Part shown: piece by piece, positions 63,965 to 64,000 of the stretch
Position numbering within the stretch: position 1 is the first letter of the stretch
Layout of the letters: every line of letters starts with the position of its first letter
Assembly: GCF_006345805.1 (NCBI RefSeq)
Contig: NC_043014.1
Coordinates: forward strand, 15,376,001 to 15,440,000
DNA length: 64,000 nucleotides
Direction: 5' to 3'
DNA from: Octopus sinensis
Taxonomy: Eukaryota
The notes under the pieces: generated by a model
Seen by the model: the letters and a program-made list of their open reading frames with translations, nothing else
What the model was told of the DNA's origin: nothing
The model's database searches: none
Translations under genes and position numbers: made by a program

Positions 63965-64000
63965 AGGCGCAGGAGTGGCTGTGTGGTAAGTAGCTTACTT
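63965..64000 (+). mobile_element. SINE-A head, running off the window
   Basis: AGGCGCAGGAGTGGCTGTGTGGTAAGTAGCTT. Confidence 0.85.

Overview
AT-rich, repeat-saturated animal genomic DNA with no intact multi-exon host CDS recognisable by eye. The SINE, LINE and microsatellite content is most consistent with an octopus (coleoid cephalopod) intron or intergenic region (inference). Almost all ORFs in the supplied track are microsatellite or SINE artefacts. Supported content: dozens of copies of four tRNA-derived SINE types (called A-D here); RTE-clade and R4/Dong-like LINE fragments, one of them young; a decayed mariner; a decayed Penelope-like (PLE) GIY-YIG endonuclease fragment; a non-autonomous Helitron; several MITEs; a tRNA-Arg(TCT) pseudogene; and candidate promoter and splice signals near 25.4 kb, 37.1 kb and 53.8 kb. 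The strongest unexplained signal is about 14 type-I hammerhead-ribozyme-like motifs in short elements inserted into (TA)n/(CA)n tracts. They occur as tandem pairs, as head-to-head palindromes and as family-consistent non-canonical core variants (A6U, U4C, U3-A8), suggesting a PLE-dependent retrozyme-like system. All structures were read manually; none has been computed or searched.
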